Notes: generated by a model not told the origin, from the letters alone. A stretch of DNA of 64,000 nt from Octopus vulgaris (GCA_951406725.2 OX597819.1:54994001-55058000), one strand, 5' to 3'; numbered from the stretch's first letter, positions 13,212-27,544 are shown. Translations and numbers: made by a program.

Positions 13212-14000
13212 TAGTGGTGGTGGCACTGACAATGAAGATGATAGTTTTGATAATGGTGGTGGTGGTGGTGGTGGTGGTGGTGGTAGTGGTGGCGTGACTG
13301 CTGCAGATGGTGCAGTTGCTGGTAATAGTCATGGTGACAGTGGTGGTGGTGGTGTTGGTAGTGGTGGTTAGTGGTGGTGGTAGTGGTGGTGGTGGTGGTG
13401 GTGGTAGTGGTGGTTAGTGGTGGTGGTAGTGGTGGTGGTGGTGGTGGTGGTGGTGGTGGTAGTGGTGGTTAGTGGTGGTGGTAGTGGTGGTGGTGGTGGT
13501 GGTTAGTGGTGGTGGTGGTGGTGGTTGGTGGTGCGGTGGTGGTGGCAGTGGTGGTGGTGGTGGTGGTGGTGGTGGTGGTAGTGGTGGTGGTGGTGGTGTG
13601 ACTGCTGCAGATGGCGCAGTTACTGGTAATAGTGATGGTGATAGTGGTGGTGGTGGTGGTTGAGGTGGTGGTGACTGCTGCAGATGGTGCAGTTGCTGGT
13701 AATAGTGATGGTGACAGTGGTGGTGGTGGTGGTGGTGGTAGTGCTGTTACTGCTGATGGTAGAGGTAACAGTGGTGATGGTTGTGATGGAATTCGTAATT
13801 AGTGGTGGTGGTGGTGGTACCGGTAGTGGTGACGGTGCTGCTGCAAATGGTGCTGATGGTAGAGGCAGTAATGGTGATGGTGGTACTGGTAGTAGTGGTG
13901 GTGGTGGTGGTGGTGGTATTCCTGGTAGTGGTAATGGTTGTTGTAGTGCTGGCGTCATCATCAACGTCGTCGTTGTTGTCGTTGTTGTTGTCATCCGCCG
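13212..14000. repeat. (GGT)n low-complexity region with an embedded ~50-bp repeat
   Basis: GTGACTGCTGCAGATGGTGCAGTTGCTGGTAATAGTGATGGTGACAG occurs at ~13294, ~13598 and ~13671; the Gly frame is broken by stops and frameshifts. Confidence 0.9.
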
Positions 14001-14527
14001 CTGTTGATGTTGTCCTTGTCCCTTTTTTTTTTATTTAGTCGCAGGTCAACCCTTGAATCGTTGACCCTGAGATGAAAAGCATTCCAGCTTTTGATCAATT
14101 CGACTTTTTGAGCTGTGAAGGATTACATTATCTAATGTGTCCTTTCTTTATTTTAAGATAGTAATTTGAATGGAGCTTCGTCACTATTTTTAGCACATCG
14201 ACCTACCCCGAAGAACTTCCTCGACTTATTTAAAAGAATTTTTTTTTTTTAATCACCCTTCCGTTTACAAACAGAAATTTATGTCTGAAACATTAAAAAA
14301 AAGGCGATAAAAGGCCTAACAAACACAAGCAAATCTGACGGGCAGAGTTAAGATTAAAAGCGAGATTAGTGGTTGTTAGGCTATTTAAAAATATAAAAGG
14401 GTGTTTTGTTTTGTTTTTTCATTGAATATTTAAAAATACTTTTGAATTTCTCACAGTAACACAAAAATTCATTGATAACGCCCATGAGAGACCGATAACG
14501 CAGACATTGAAAATGATTGCTTTAGAC

Positions 14528-15447
14528 CAGGGCTTTCGAAAACATTTTACTTGTGACGGCTCTTGTAATAAAAGTTAATTTTCTATTCAACCACGAAATA
14601 ATTTGATTGAATAATAAATTACAAAACGTAAATAATTCACTAGTGCTTAATATAATTTATATGACACACAGGAAATATGTTTTCTTTTCTGAAAATATAG
14701 TTTTATATGCAGCCTTAACGACGTTGAAAAGGCTCTTTTTGGTTACAGCTGGATCGTTCGTTCATTTCTTATGATCCGTATGTTTTGAGCGTGCCATACG
14801 TAAGCAACACCGGTCGTCACAACCTGTCAAAGGTATTCCGCTCAGTATAAAATATCTACAAGAACCAGCGGTTATTGTTCTGTTATAAAATGATTTATAA
14901 ATACAAAGTTGTAAATTCACCACCCCCTGTAAACCCCTAAGCCTTTATACACCCCTGCCGAAATTATATTCATCCCAGGAGCTGTTATGTATACTTTGAA
15001 AAGGGATCTTTACCTTTTGACCTACAGATTTAAAAAATAATTTTTTGTAACTAAACATTTTCAAATTTCGGGCACTGGTAGAATGTGTCATAATAAAACA
15101 TCTTTTACTCTTAGCATTTTTGAGAAAAACTTATATTTACGAAGTAATTTCACGGTAAAGTAGTCCTAACAGTGACAAACGAAAAATTCACCGCCGATAG
15201 TTGTTGACAAACAACGGCAGTAACTTTATTCAGCTGAATACACGTCATTGATTGGTTGAAATTACCGAAATAGGACTACTTTAACGGGAAATTATTTCGT
15301 AAATATAAGTTTTTCTCAAAAATGCTAAGTGTAAAAGATGTTTTATATGACACATTCTACCAGTGTCCGAAGTTTGAAAGTGTTTAGTTACAAAAAATTA
15401 TTTTTTAAATCTGTAGGTCAAAAGGTAAAGATCCTTGAAAAGTCCTG
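14528..15447. mobile_element. hAT-type non-autonomous element, interrupted in its right TIR
   Basis: CAGGGCTTTCGAAA...TTTGAAAAGTCCTG ends; 8-bp TSD CTTTAGAC/CTTTCGAC. Confidence 0.75.
15004..15434. mobile_element. Foldback MITE, probably Merlin superfamily
   Basis: ~160-bp TIRs, GGATC...GATCC termini, perfect 8-bp TSD TTGAAAAG. Confidence 0.88.
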
Positions 15448-16109
15448 CTTTCGACTTTTAAAGTATGGTGAATGTTGTGTAAAGTAACTGGTACTCTTCC
15501 GGAAAAAGTGATGGCAAAGATCCAGATTTCTGGGTAAAGCTATTTCACTTCGTACTCAGTTATTATTCTCTGAAGAAAGACATGAAAGTCTCAAATTCCT
15601 CCCTTTCACTGTAATTTTTAGCCTAATTCTTTTTAAATGAATCATCACAAATATATTTTCACTCAGTGCAGTTTGTTTTTATTCTTAAGTTGAATGTTTT
15701 GTTTAACTGCTATCCCCACAAAATGGTTTTTGATGTAGACACAAAAGCCAGCAGTTTTAAAAGGAAGCGATTATCGATGCTATTGATGTTATCGATCAAA
15801 GTACTTGACAAGTGCTTTATTTTCAACGTTGCCGAAAGGATGAAAGGCGAAGATGACCTTGATGAATACTCTCAGATAAACCCAATTTCAGAGCATGTAA
15901 AAGAGAAGGGCCGATGTGATCGTTCGATCTGCTAGACAGCGTAGCCAAATTTTATTTTCTCCAATCAGCCTCTATTGTTAAAAAAAAATGGAAAGGACAT
16001 TTTGAATAATATAGCCTTAGATATTGTGTCTGAATGTTTCAGAAAAAAAATGTTAGTCATGGTTAGAATGCCTTTAATCATAAGTCTGTTGGATCTATGA
16101 GCATTGAAG

Positions 16110-16330
16110 GTCCTTCCCGCGCCCATAGACATATGAAGCCGGTTTACCGGATTCTGTGGTGTATATATATTCCCTACTGGACGCCGGTCCGTCGAGGCTT
16201 ACTTAGTGGACTGATGCAGCGTGAAATGAAGTGTTTTGCTCAAGAATACAACGCATCTCCCGGTCCAGGAATCGAAACCACTATCTTACGATCATGAGTG
16301 TCGATACCCCAAACCCTAATCCACGTGGCT
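16110..16330 (-). mobile_element. Degraded tRNA SINE related to family C
   Basis: Reverse complement B box TTCGATTCC, then TTCTTGAGCAAAACACTTCATTTCACG. Confidence 0.7.
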
Positions 16331-17029
16331 CCAGAGTCAACGGTATATTATTATCAACACTGACACCAAGGATGAGTTGATATCCCATTGCATTTACAAG
16401 GAATTTTAACTCGAAATACGGAAATAGACTGAAGTAATTTCCTGTTCCTTTATCCAGAACTGTTGCAGTATTTAAGATCTTAATACTGCAAGGATACGAA
16501 AAAGTCACGAATTTTACTGAAGTGCAAACTGCTGGCCATATTTTTTAATCTTTTACTTGTTTCACCCAATGAATTGCAGCAATGCGGCCTTGCTGGGGCA
16601 TCACCTTGAAGAGGTTTAGTCAAACAAGTCGACCCCAGTACTTACGTCATTTTGATTATTTTTAAAGTTTGTTACATATTCTACAGGTCTCTTTTATTGA
16701 ACCGCTACGTTACATGGACGTAAACAAACCAATGCTGGTTGTCAAGCGAAGGGGTAGTTTTGACAAACATAGACACAAAAAGCACTCACACATGACAGGC
16801 TTCCATAACAAGCTTCCACAAAGTTTCCGTCTACCAAATTCACATTAATTGGCAGACAAACATCCTTGCCCTACACATCTTATTGTGATTCTCCAGAGAA
16901 GAATGAATGCAGGTAACTAAGAAAAAGAAGAAAAAAATAGAAGGAAACAGGATAATTCTTTTGTACTGTTTAGTTTGAAGAAATAAAGCATTTGAATACG
17001 CCTTGAATACTGGATCCGAGACAGTAGAT

Positions 17030-17595
17030 GAGTGGTTCTCAACCGGGTCTATATGGCCCTCGGTGGGGTCCATATAAGATTTTGTTGTTAAATTTTATGT
17101 GCAATAAAATGGTTATATTTCTATAATACACAAAATATTTAAACAATTTTTATACAATTTCCTATAATATTTAATCATAAAAAAAATATAGGTGGAGGCA
17201 CATGGCCTAGTGGTTAGAGCAGCGGACTCATGGTCGACGGATTGCGAGTTCGAATCTCAGACCGGGCGATGTGTGTGTTTATGAGCTAAACACCTAAGCT
17301 CCACGCGGTTCCGGCAGAAGGTAATGGCGAACTTCTACTGACACTTTCGCCACAACTTTCTCTCACTCTTTCCTCCTGTATCTTGCAGCTCACCTGCGAC
17401 GGACCGGCGTCACGCCAAGGAAAGTGGGGAAACCGGCCCTATGAGCCAGGCGTGGCTCGAGAAGGAACAAACAACAACAACAACAACAAAATATAGGACT
17501 TTTTAAAAAATTTGGAGCGGTTATGAGGCTCTTTCTCCCTTGATTAAAGTAGAAACCAAAGGGGACCGTTGGCAAAAAATGTCTGAGAAACACTG
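17030..17595. mobile_element. hAT (Charlie-like) MITE with a nested SINE
   Basis: (C)AGTGGTTCTCAA...TGAGAAACACTG ends; TSD CAGTAGAT/CGGTAGAT; homologous to 38037-38278. Confidence 0.85.
17193..17487 (+). mobile_element. tRNA SINE family D (V-domain-like)
   Basis: TGGCCTAGTGG and GTTCGAATC boxes, CCTGCGACGGACCGGCGTC, (CAA)n tail, TSD AAAATATAGG. Confidence 0.9.
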
Positions 17596-18477
17596 CGGTA
17601 GATGTTAATCTCTCTGTATCAAAAGTATAGAAACTCGACGAAGCAACAAATATAAGTGTCAACAAGAGCAACAACGATGACTACAACAACAACAACAAAA
17701 ACTACAAGAACACCAGTAGCATCAGAAACTGCTGTTGCTGCAGGAGCCGGGTCCCTCATGATTTCATAATCCCAAGGACAATGGTGAGAGGCATTGTTAA
17801 AATACAGGTGATTATACATGTCAGCCCAAGTATATTTCTGACGTAAGACGCAGACTCGGTTGAAATCAAGTAAATATGGCCTCTGGGTGGAGAAATTCTG
17901 TCTGTCTGCCTGTCTGTCTGTCGGTCTGTCTGTTTGTCGGTCTGTCTGTCTGTCTGTCGGTCTGTCTGTTTGTCGGTCTGTTTGTCTGTCTGTCTGTTTG
18001 TCTGTCTCTCTCACACACTCACGTACGTATGTATTTATGTACGTACGTACATATGTATATATGTATGCATGTATGTATGTATGTATTTATGTATGTATGT
18101 ATGCATGTATGCATGTATGTATGTATGTATGTTTGTGTGCATGTATGAATATATGTATGTTTTGTTTAAGTTCTTAAGAGAGTTCCAGCCAGTCGCTAAC
18201 AAAGCGACAAGGCTTTTTGAGTAAAGAGAGTCCCCGGTGTTTGTAAATATGCGATTTAGTTGGTGTGTTGGTTGAGCTGTCGATGCCCACACCCAAGTGT
18301 GCGCATCTATTCACCTAAAGAGCCTCAGATGGAGGTTCAGATTGGAATGACTTACAAATCTTCAATGTATGTATGTATGTATGTATGTATGTATGTATGT
18401 ATGTATGTATGTATGTATGTATGTATGTATGTATGTATGCGTGTGTGTATGTATGTATGTATGTATGTACGTATATT

Positions 18478-18686
18478 CTTTTATTTGTTTCAATCATTTG
18501 ACTGCGGCCATGCTGGAGCACATATTTACTTTAGTCGAGCAAATCGACCCCAGGACTTATTCTTTGTAAACCTTGTACTTATTCTATCAGTCTCTCTTGC
18601 CGAACCGCTAAGTTACGTGGACGTAAACACACCAGCATCGGTTGTCAAGCGATGTGGGTGGGGGACAAACGCAGACACACAAAGAT

Positions 18687-18751
<65 letters not shown>

Positions 18752-18850
18752 CGACGGGCTTCTTTTAGTTTCCATCTACCAAATCCACTCACAAGGCTTT
18801 GGTCGGCCCGAGACTATAGCAGAAGACACTTGCCCAAGTGGGACTGAACT
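18478..18850 (-). mobile_element. SINE family A
   Basis: Consensus match; head truncated. Confidence 0.9.
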
Positions 18851-18869
18851 ATGTATGTATGTATGTATG

Positions 18870-18900
<31 letters not shown>

Positions 18901-20027
18901 GTAGAATGCTTCTTAGAGATGAAAAATTAATGCGTGAGCGAATTCATTAGGTTAATGTTGTAATATATATAGTATATGAAAACGGATTAATAGAGATGAA
19001 GAGACTTTTACATCCAAATAACTTTTTTTACAGGATATAATTTCTTCCAAATATTTTATTTGCTTAGTTTATCTCTCTTCCTCTTTCTCTCTCTTTCTCT
19101 CTCTTCCTCTCTCTCTCTCTCACATACATACATACATACATACACACATACTTACATACGTACATACATACATACATACATACATACATACATACATACA
19201 TACACATATTTGTATAAAATCCCACTGCTCAAAGTGAATAAATATTTGTATATTTATACACAGATCTACAAATAGACACAAACGTACACACACATATGCA
19301 AAAGGCATATGTATATATACGTGTGTGTGTGTGTGTGTATGTCTATGTGTGTGCGTGCATGTGTGTGCGTGTGTGTGTGTGTATGTGTGTTGAAACAGAC
19401 AAACAGAGATCAGTAATATAATTATATATATATATATATAAATGCACATATAAACAAATGTATACATAATACGTTCAGTACATACATAGGTTCGCCATTA
19501 GAAATATTGACGGAGCATTCTCGTCAAAACTTCACCCAAATACAAACATAAGAGACCTGATATAATTAACTGAGACATAAAAAAGGGAAAATTAAGTGCA
19601 GTTGTAGAAATCAGCTGTCTTGCAGATGTGAAAATGTCTTTCCATGTCAGTGAAAAGTAGAATATTTAGCGACAAATGCTTCGAGACCTGCAGCTTCTGT
19701 ACCCAAGTTATAAATTTACATTTATGTTTATCATTAATGGAGTATTTAAGACGGCAAGCTGGCAAGATCATTAGCACGTCAGGGACAATGTTTTGTGACA
19801 TTTCGTCCATCTTTCTTTTCTGTGTTTATGTTCCGCCGAGGTTGTCTGCTTTGTTTTTTGGGGATTTTTTTTTTTCATGCTTTTGAGGTCGATGAAATAA
19901 GCATCGTTTACTGTGGTTGATGTAATCGATTATCCCACTCTGCTAAAACTTCAGGCCTTGTATCTATAGTAGAAAGGATTAATGGAGTTCTTAGTTATTC
20001 TATTCTTTCGTTTTTCTTTTTTTTTTA

Positions 20028-20414
20028 TTCTTTTACTTGTTTCAGTCATTTGACTGCGGCCATGCTGGAGCACCACCTTTAGTCGAGCAAATCGACCCCA
20101 GGACTTATTCTTTGTAAGCCCAGTACTTATTCTATCGGTCTCTTTTGTCGAATCGCTATTTACGGGGACGTAAACACACCAGCATCGGTTGTCAAGCGAT
20201 GTTGGGGGGACAAACACAGACACACATACACACACCCACATACATATATACGATGGGCTTCTTTCAGTTTCCATATGATAAATCCACTCACAAAGCTTTA
20301 GTCAGTCCCAGGTTATAGTAGAAGACACTTGCCCAAGGTGCCACGCAGTGGGAATGAACCCGGAACCATGTGGTTGGTAAGCAAGCTACTTACCACACAA
20401 CCACTCCTGCGCCT
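20028..20414 (-). mobile_element. SINE family A, full length
   Basis: Consensus match from head to tail. Confidence 0.92.
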
Positions 20415-20634
20415 ATCATTATTATATATATATATATATATTACTTGATTTAGCCACTGGATTGCGCCCATACTGGAGCCCTGTCTTTAAGGGTTTAGCT
20501 GAACAATTCGACCTTAGTATTTATTGTAAGTCCTTTTGCCGAATCGCGAAATTATGGGGACATTAACAAGGCATATCATTTCTCTTTTCTCCAGTCTGCT
20601 TAGCTGAAAATGAGTACCAGCCGTGATCTGGTGC

Positions 20635-21060
20635 CATCACTGGATTAACCATTAATCAAAATAAGCACGTGCTTAGGGCATCAAGGGAAGGAGGGGATAC
20701 CACAGAAATGGTAAATGGTTTACGGCATGAAAGAAATCACTTTAAACTTGCTAAAGTAATATTCGGGATGCCTTTATCTCTACTAAGTATTGATGCAGAT
20801 GTGTTACCTAAGATTAATTTTGAGGATCTGATCAAAGACTTTGCAATTCAAAAACGTAGGAGGAAACTTTTCAAATATAGACAAAGTGGAAGTATACAAA
20901 AATAAACTTTGTTTTCCTTCTTACTGTTTAGTTTCGTTTTGAAAAATAGAAATTTATTTTATGGTTTGTTATTGTTTATATTTTGAATTACATAACCTTT
21001 TATATGGGCACCAAAATCTTTTAAGTGCTTAGGGCCTCAATGGGTCTCAATCCGGCCCTG
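20635..21060 (+). mobile_element. Internally deleted hAT transposon
   Basis: Perfect 8-bp TSD TCTGGTGC; right TIR AATCCGGCCCTG; remnant LSLLSIDADVLPKINFEDLIKDFAIQKRR resembles the hAT C-terminal dimerisation region. Confidence 0.88.
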
Positions 21061-23125
21061 TCTGGTGCTGCTCTCCCCCTCCAGTTGTCACAACCTGGAA
21101 TCCCAGATGTGCCACTGTGTCAAAAGGGAGTCTATATTTGCTCGCGACTACATAGGCACCTAAATTAATCAGCGAAAGCACAGTACATGTTATCAAGTCA
21201 TACATATCTGTGGGGGATAGCTGTCTCTTCTATATACATACACACTCGTTGCATATGTTGTTTTCCGAAACCATTACATCTACATAGACTTCTGATTAAA
21301 AGATTGAATCAACAAGATGGAAGAGAGTGTAGGTTATTAAAGCTGTGTGTTCTGACCTAGAATTTTGTAAACGACTTTGAAATGCACTGATGCAACTTTC
21401 TATCTGACACCCAAATCTGAAGATAGTTGAGTTAGTGAGTGAATGGTGTATTTATCTTTGATTTATCCTTTTCGTTGTCATATTTCTAATGAGATATGGA
21501 GCCTGTGCTTCCCAGTTAATTTTCAAAATTACCACTTAAAATATGCAGGGATTTCGTAAAATAACTTTGTCGTTATTTCAATTACTGCTTGGAATGTAAC
21601 TTAACAACAAGCTCTTGTATTTAAAATTTCGTTGGGCAGCTTTAGTTTAAATACGAACTTTTGAAAATGAGAGTTTGCATTATATAAGATCAGAAGTTGT
21701 GTTAGGAGGGTTGGTGTCAACGTGGTTACTCATGGGAAAGTTCGCTGAATCAATACGATGCTGAACAAAGCATTTTACATTACATTTTACTGTATATATG
21801 TCCACATTTGAAGATCAAACAGAGACAAGATCGATTTTGTTCCTTTCATGTTTCTGGTGTCGATAATAAAACTAGCTTTTGTTTTTATTGTTGCTGTGCT
21901 TGTTGTCGCCGTTGTCACCTTATTCACCGTCTCGCCGTTGCTGTTGTTGTTTAACCTTGGCCAGCCCTGATCAAACAGATCTGTGAGCGAAAAGCATTGC
22001 AGCAGTAGAAACCAAATAGTTTTCGTTTTTATCAGACATAAGTACATCTAAGATTGCATTATAATCCAATGTGTCTTCAAAAAGCAGTTGCATCGCATTA
22101 GACAAAATGCTTTGCAGTATTTATTCTGACCGAGATTCTTTTGCTTTTTATTCTTCCAGGGATCGATAGAATGAAGTTCCGGGCTCTGGAAGCATTAGAC
22201 AAAATGCTTCGTGGTATTCGTATCAACTCCCTATTTTCTGAGTTCTGCCTCCAATAATACTGGCGCCAAACTGTTGCCTTTCTTTTGACAGGAGAGGAGA
22301 GACTTACTCTATAGGCAACTGTTGGTCTCCTAATAACAGAAAAGAAGAAAAATAAGACAACAATAGTTACGTGGACCATCGCTCTGAAGAGGAAATTTTC
22401 TGGAGCAGATTTACGGTTAGATCTGAATGATGGAGGCCTGGTCATCCTTTGCTAAAAATAACAGGCAAACTTTTTCCTGTAAGGACAGTTCAGCTGCTGT
22501 TTATGACAGGTCGAGCGACCACGTAGAGACATCAGTTAACTAATCGAGGGATATAATCTCACTAGCTGTTGTAGTCTTTGCTGCTGCAATTGCTGTTGTT
22601 GTTGTTTAACCCCCACACACACTCACACACACACGCACATACTCAGTCTTGATTGAGCAGATCAATGTTCAAAGGCATTCCAGCTGTAACGATCCGATCT
22701 TTCACTCTCCAATAATCTATCTAGGACAACGTTAACCGATGTGTCCTCCCTCCTTTATCTTAAGACGGCAGGGTATGAATAAGCACAAGTTGACTGCTAT
22801 TTCTAGCAGGTTAATCGGTCTTCTCGTTGGTTGGTTCCTATTCTTAGTGTGATATAACAACGAGCGCTAAATGTCAGCCATGTTTGGGACACAATTTTGA
22901 TTCTCTGATGTAATTAATTATTTCACTTGATTCATATTGTTAATTAGTTAAGTTGGCAGATAGATAATCGCACTCGTAAACAAATACAAACTCTGTTACT
23001 GTCCTTGAAGGGAGTTGCCCTTTTAGTCTACGACTGCCAAACCCGGTAGCGTAGCTATGGGAAGTCGCACAAACTTGTCAATAATCAGTAAATGTGTGTG
23101 CATGTGTGTATGTATGTATATATAC

Positions 23126-23274
23126 CGGCGTGGCTGTGTGGTAAGAAGTTTGCTTCCCAATCATATGGTTCCAGGTTCAGTCCCACTGCGTGGCACCTCG
23201 GGCAGGTGTCTTTTACTATAGTCTCGGGCCAACCAAAGCCTTGTGTGTGGATTTGGTTGACGGAAACTGAAAGA

Positions 23275-23312
<38 letters not shown>

Positions 23313-23514
23313 TATATGTGTGTGTATTTTTATGTGTCTGTGTTCCCCCTCCCCTCATCGCTTGACAACTGATGTTGGTGTGGTTACATCCTCGTAACTT
23401 AGCGGTTCGGCAAAAGAGACCGATAAAATAAGTACTAGGCTTACAAAGAATAAGTCCTGGGGTCGATTTCTTCGACTAGTAACCCTTCAAGGCGGTGCTC
23501 CACCATGGCCGCAA
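23126..23514 (+). mobile_element. SINE family A
   Basis: Consensus match. Confidence 0.92.
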
Positions 23515-23767
23515 TGTGTGTGTGTATGTGTGTGTGTGTGTGTGTGTGTTCGTTCTAGAACATTCCATAGAGAAATGTATTCAATTATTTATCAACAGAT
23601 ATATAAACTCACAGGCCTTCGACCTGTGACTAGTTTGATAAATGCCAACGCACGAAACTCTCCAGCCTTGAGTCACTCTGTTACTTCTGCTAAATATTAA
23701 TAAATTATAGCATCCATCCATCCATCCATCCATCCATCCATACACGCACACATACATACATACATAC

Positions 23768-23819
<52 letters not shown>

Positions 23820-23883
23820 GTATATATAGATATAGGTTTAGATAGATAGATAATTAGACAGACAGACAGATAGATAAATAGAC

Positions 23884-23955
<72 letters not shown>

Positions 23956-23960
23956 TGACA

Positions 23961-23991
<31 letters not shown>

Positions 23992-24594
23992 GTATATATA
24001 GATATAGATATAGATAGATAGATAATTAGACAGACGGACAGACAGACAGACAGACAGATAGATAGATAGATAGATAGATACATACATACATACATACATA
24101 CATACATACATACATACATACATACATACATACATGCATAACTTTAAGAGGGAATCACTGCAATATTGGTTTTTTTTTTTTGTGATGGAGACAGACTTAA
24201 AGACTGCATACAACGGCACTCATTCTAGATACATCACTGGTCCTGCTGCCACTTACCAGATAAATAAATAAACAACAACAAAAAAATGATAACAGGAAAA
24301 AATAGTATAGCAATTATTAACAGAAGGAATGTGACAAAAATGACATAATTGTTAATTACTATTTAATTTAAGAGACGATGGTAAAATCGATAGAACGTCA
24401 GACACAATTAGACGCTTGCGGCATTTGGTTAAGACTTTTTGCCTTCTGCCAGGGTCAACTTTGCTTGGAGGTCATTTGGATCGAAATAGAATATTGATTC
24501 CCTACATTGTCCCGGAAGACCTTAAATTTATACGGAAAAGGAAATGAGGAGTTATGATGCCAAAGTTTTCTCTGCCTGCCTGTCTGTCTGTCTG

Positions 24595-24642
<48 letters not shown>

Positions 24643-24659
24643 CCTTGTATGCATGTGTA

Positions 24660-25000
24660 GGTATTGTCTTCAGTCACGTTTGTTTGTCCGTGGACAAGAT
24701 ATCTCAAGAACCGCTTGATGGATTCGGATGAAACTTTCAGGGATGTTTGGCCTCGTGAATTGCACAAACTAATTAGATTTTGGGATCGATCCGGTACCGG
24801 ACAAGGATTCTGGATTATTTTTCCTGTATCTTTACATAATTTTTGAGAGCGGTCGAGTTCATTTTTAGTATTGTTGTTTGTGAGAGCAATCGAGTTTATT
24901 TAAGATATTTTCATTTTAAAAACCACCTCTGGCTAATCGTAGAGAGGAAGTTGGTGTTGCCTTGACGGAGGTTTTCGCTCACCGAGTACCCTTGCTTTTC
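24660..25000 (+). mobile_element. Helentron-associated (HINE/DINE-like) non-autonomous element
   Basis: GTTTGTTTGTCCGT microsatellite, GATGAAACTTT, 3' CCTTGACGGAGGT sub-TIR, GCTCACCGAGT hairpin, T-rich end. Confidence 0.6.
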
Positions 25001-25256
25001 ATTTTCTTATAAATTTCAGGCTTTATTGACTATCTTTTACGTTTTATCCTCTATCTTTTACTTCTTTCAGTCATTGCATTGCGGCCGTACTGGGGCACTG
25101 CCTTCAAGGGCTTAGTCGAACAAATCGAGATTACTTTTGAAAGTCTGGTGCTTAGTCTATCGGATCTGTTTTGTCGAACCGTTAAATTATGGGGACGTAA
25201 ACGAGCCAATAGTGGTTGTTAAGCGATAGTGGTTGAAACAAACACACACACACCTA

Positions 25257-25410
25257 CACAGTAAATCGTTGGTGATTTTCTTCCTCTGTCTTCCCTTCTA
25301 TTGGACTTTCCTCTGTTTCCGAAGAAGAGCGTCTGCTCGAAACATTAAACCATCTTTCTTTCCTTCCCTGAGCGTCTGCTAATACATTACATGTACCACG
25401 TCCTCGCGTA
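25257..25410 (+). mobile_element. Hammerhead-bearing repeat H2, inserted in the internal microsatellite of a family A SINE (halves 25055-25250 and 25712-25865)
   Basis: GTTT-CCGAAGA(25319-25325)-A-GAGC GTCT GCTC-GAAA(25339-25342)-CATT-AAAC. Confidence 0.65.
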
Positions 25411-25461
25411 CCCATATATGCATGTGTATATGCATATATATGTAAGTATGCACATGTATGC

Positions 25462-25515
<54 letters not shown>

Positions 25516-25562
25516 TATATTATTATATGATCGAATACCACGCATCCATTTCCAAGTAAGTT

Positions 25563-25634
<72 letters not shown>

Positions 25635-25638
25635 TATA

Positions 25639-25713
<75 letters not shown>

Positions 25714-26281
25714 TGGCTTCTACACATTTTCCTTGTACCTAATCTACTCACAAGTCATAAGTTGGTCCGGGCCTATAGTAAAGACACTTGTCCCAGGTTT
25801 AGCACGTTGAAACTGAAACAGAAACCATATGGTTGCAAAATGAGCTTCTTAACCACACACCCATGCTTGTACCATACCAGCACCATGTCTGCGTTTATGT
25901 AAAAAAAAATGAATGAAAATTTTCATGTACTTCAAATTACAATATTCTGTCTCTCAAAAAAGTTTAGCTGTATCTTGAGTCAAAAGAAATTATTGTTAGT
26001 TCTCATTACCCTAAGCATGATGGAACTTAACAACCATTTTCTTTATACCAGCAACTATTTTTAAGTATTTCCAAATCTGGATTCCATCCATAACGAAAAA
26101 CCGGAAACGAAAGTCTGACTATATTTGTAGTTCCGGCTATGTACGTATGCCTGTGTATGTATGTATGTATGTATGTATGTATGTATGTATGTATGTATTG
26201 ATGTATGTATGTATGTATGTATCTATCTATCTATCTATCTTTCTGTCTATCTATGAATGTATTTACATACGCATGTATGTA

Positions 26282-26332
<51 letters not shown>

Positions 26333-26411
26333 GATATATGCACACACACACACGCACATAAATACATGCATACAACATACATACATACATGTGTGTGTGT
26401 CTATCTATCTG

Positions 26412-26446
<35 letters not shown>

Positions 26447-26454
26447 CTCTCTCA

Positions 26455-26486
<32 letters not shown>

Positions 26487-27544
26487 TTCTCTCTCTCTCT
26501 ATATATATGTATATACAATGGCTTCTACATATATATATATATATGTCGCTTCTATATATATATATATATATATAATGTTCTACGTTTTCACGGCTTTAAT
26601 TTTGTATTGTGTCCTTCCATTTCCGTCTAGACAATGTTAGTTGTCCAACTGCATATATTTGATACCATTTATAACTCCTTTCGTCATAAAATTTAACTTC
26701 ATGCGTTATTGTTGTGTTTCAGTAATTTCTTTTAATAATAGAATTATTTAAATATATATTTCTTTTCTTCCCTATTATTTGTCATCAACTGGTGCAGTTC
26801 ATCTACTCAATGAGTTCATTATTTTTTTACATTTCCTTCTCCCCATCCTCGCCCCATGTTTTTTGGTCTTTTTCTTTTTAACATAGATGAGTCTAAAAAT
26901 TAAAAAAAATTTCTAGCTCTGAAATAAACAGAAAATAATCATAACGAAAACATACCATTTCCTTTAAAAACTTCATAGTTCGAGAACCGTAGAAGTAGTT
27001 TTGCGACAGCTATACCTTGTCAAGCACGTGAGATTCAGAAAACATCACTCTGTCTTGGTTGAGAAGATTTAGCTTCCATTAAAGATAAACAAGAGAATAA
27101 AATTGATGTTCTTCGATTTACTTGTGAAAATGCAAAGCACGAGGAGAATAATTTAAAGCTAAAGTATAATCGATTAAATCAGATCCCAATATATCGCCGG
27201 AGTAACGTTACTTGACACGGTGTCTGGCTCGGAGATGAGGACGTCTCTACAAGTCGAACCGCTACTTCTTCGCAATGAGAGTCGCAGCGCCGGTAATACG
27301 GACATTTGGTTAGCCCAGTGATTCTCAACCATTTTTTTTTTTACTTATGGACCCCTTTGATTCCCAATTTATTCGGATGGACCCTCATGGCCATTCGATG
27401 TTTAAAAGATCTTTTTATATTATTAGAATGATAGATCGTCAGGAATTGTATGAAAAAAAGAGTGTTTTGTGTATTGCAGAAGTACAAGCAATTTATTGCA
27501 CATTAATTCTAATAAGAAAAAATCTTCTACGGAACTCCAAATGT

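Noticed and set aside
13168-14007. Glycine-rich structural protein
   Set aside because: The Gly frame is interrupted by TAG/TGA stops and frameshifts; consistent with (GGT)n decay
17193-17265. tRNA genes (also 28503, 3030-3097, 54693)
   Set aside because: No complete acceptor stem, and each continues into a repeat body, so these are SINE-type heads
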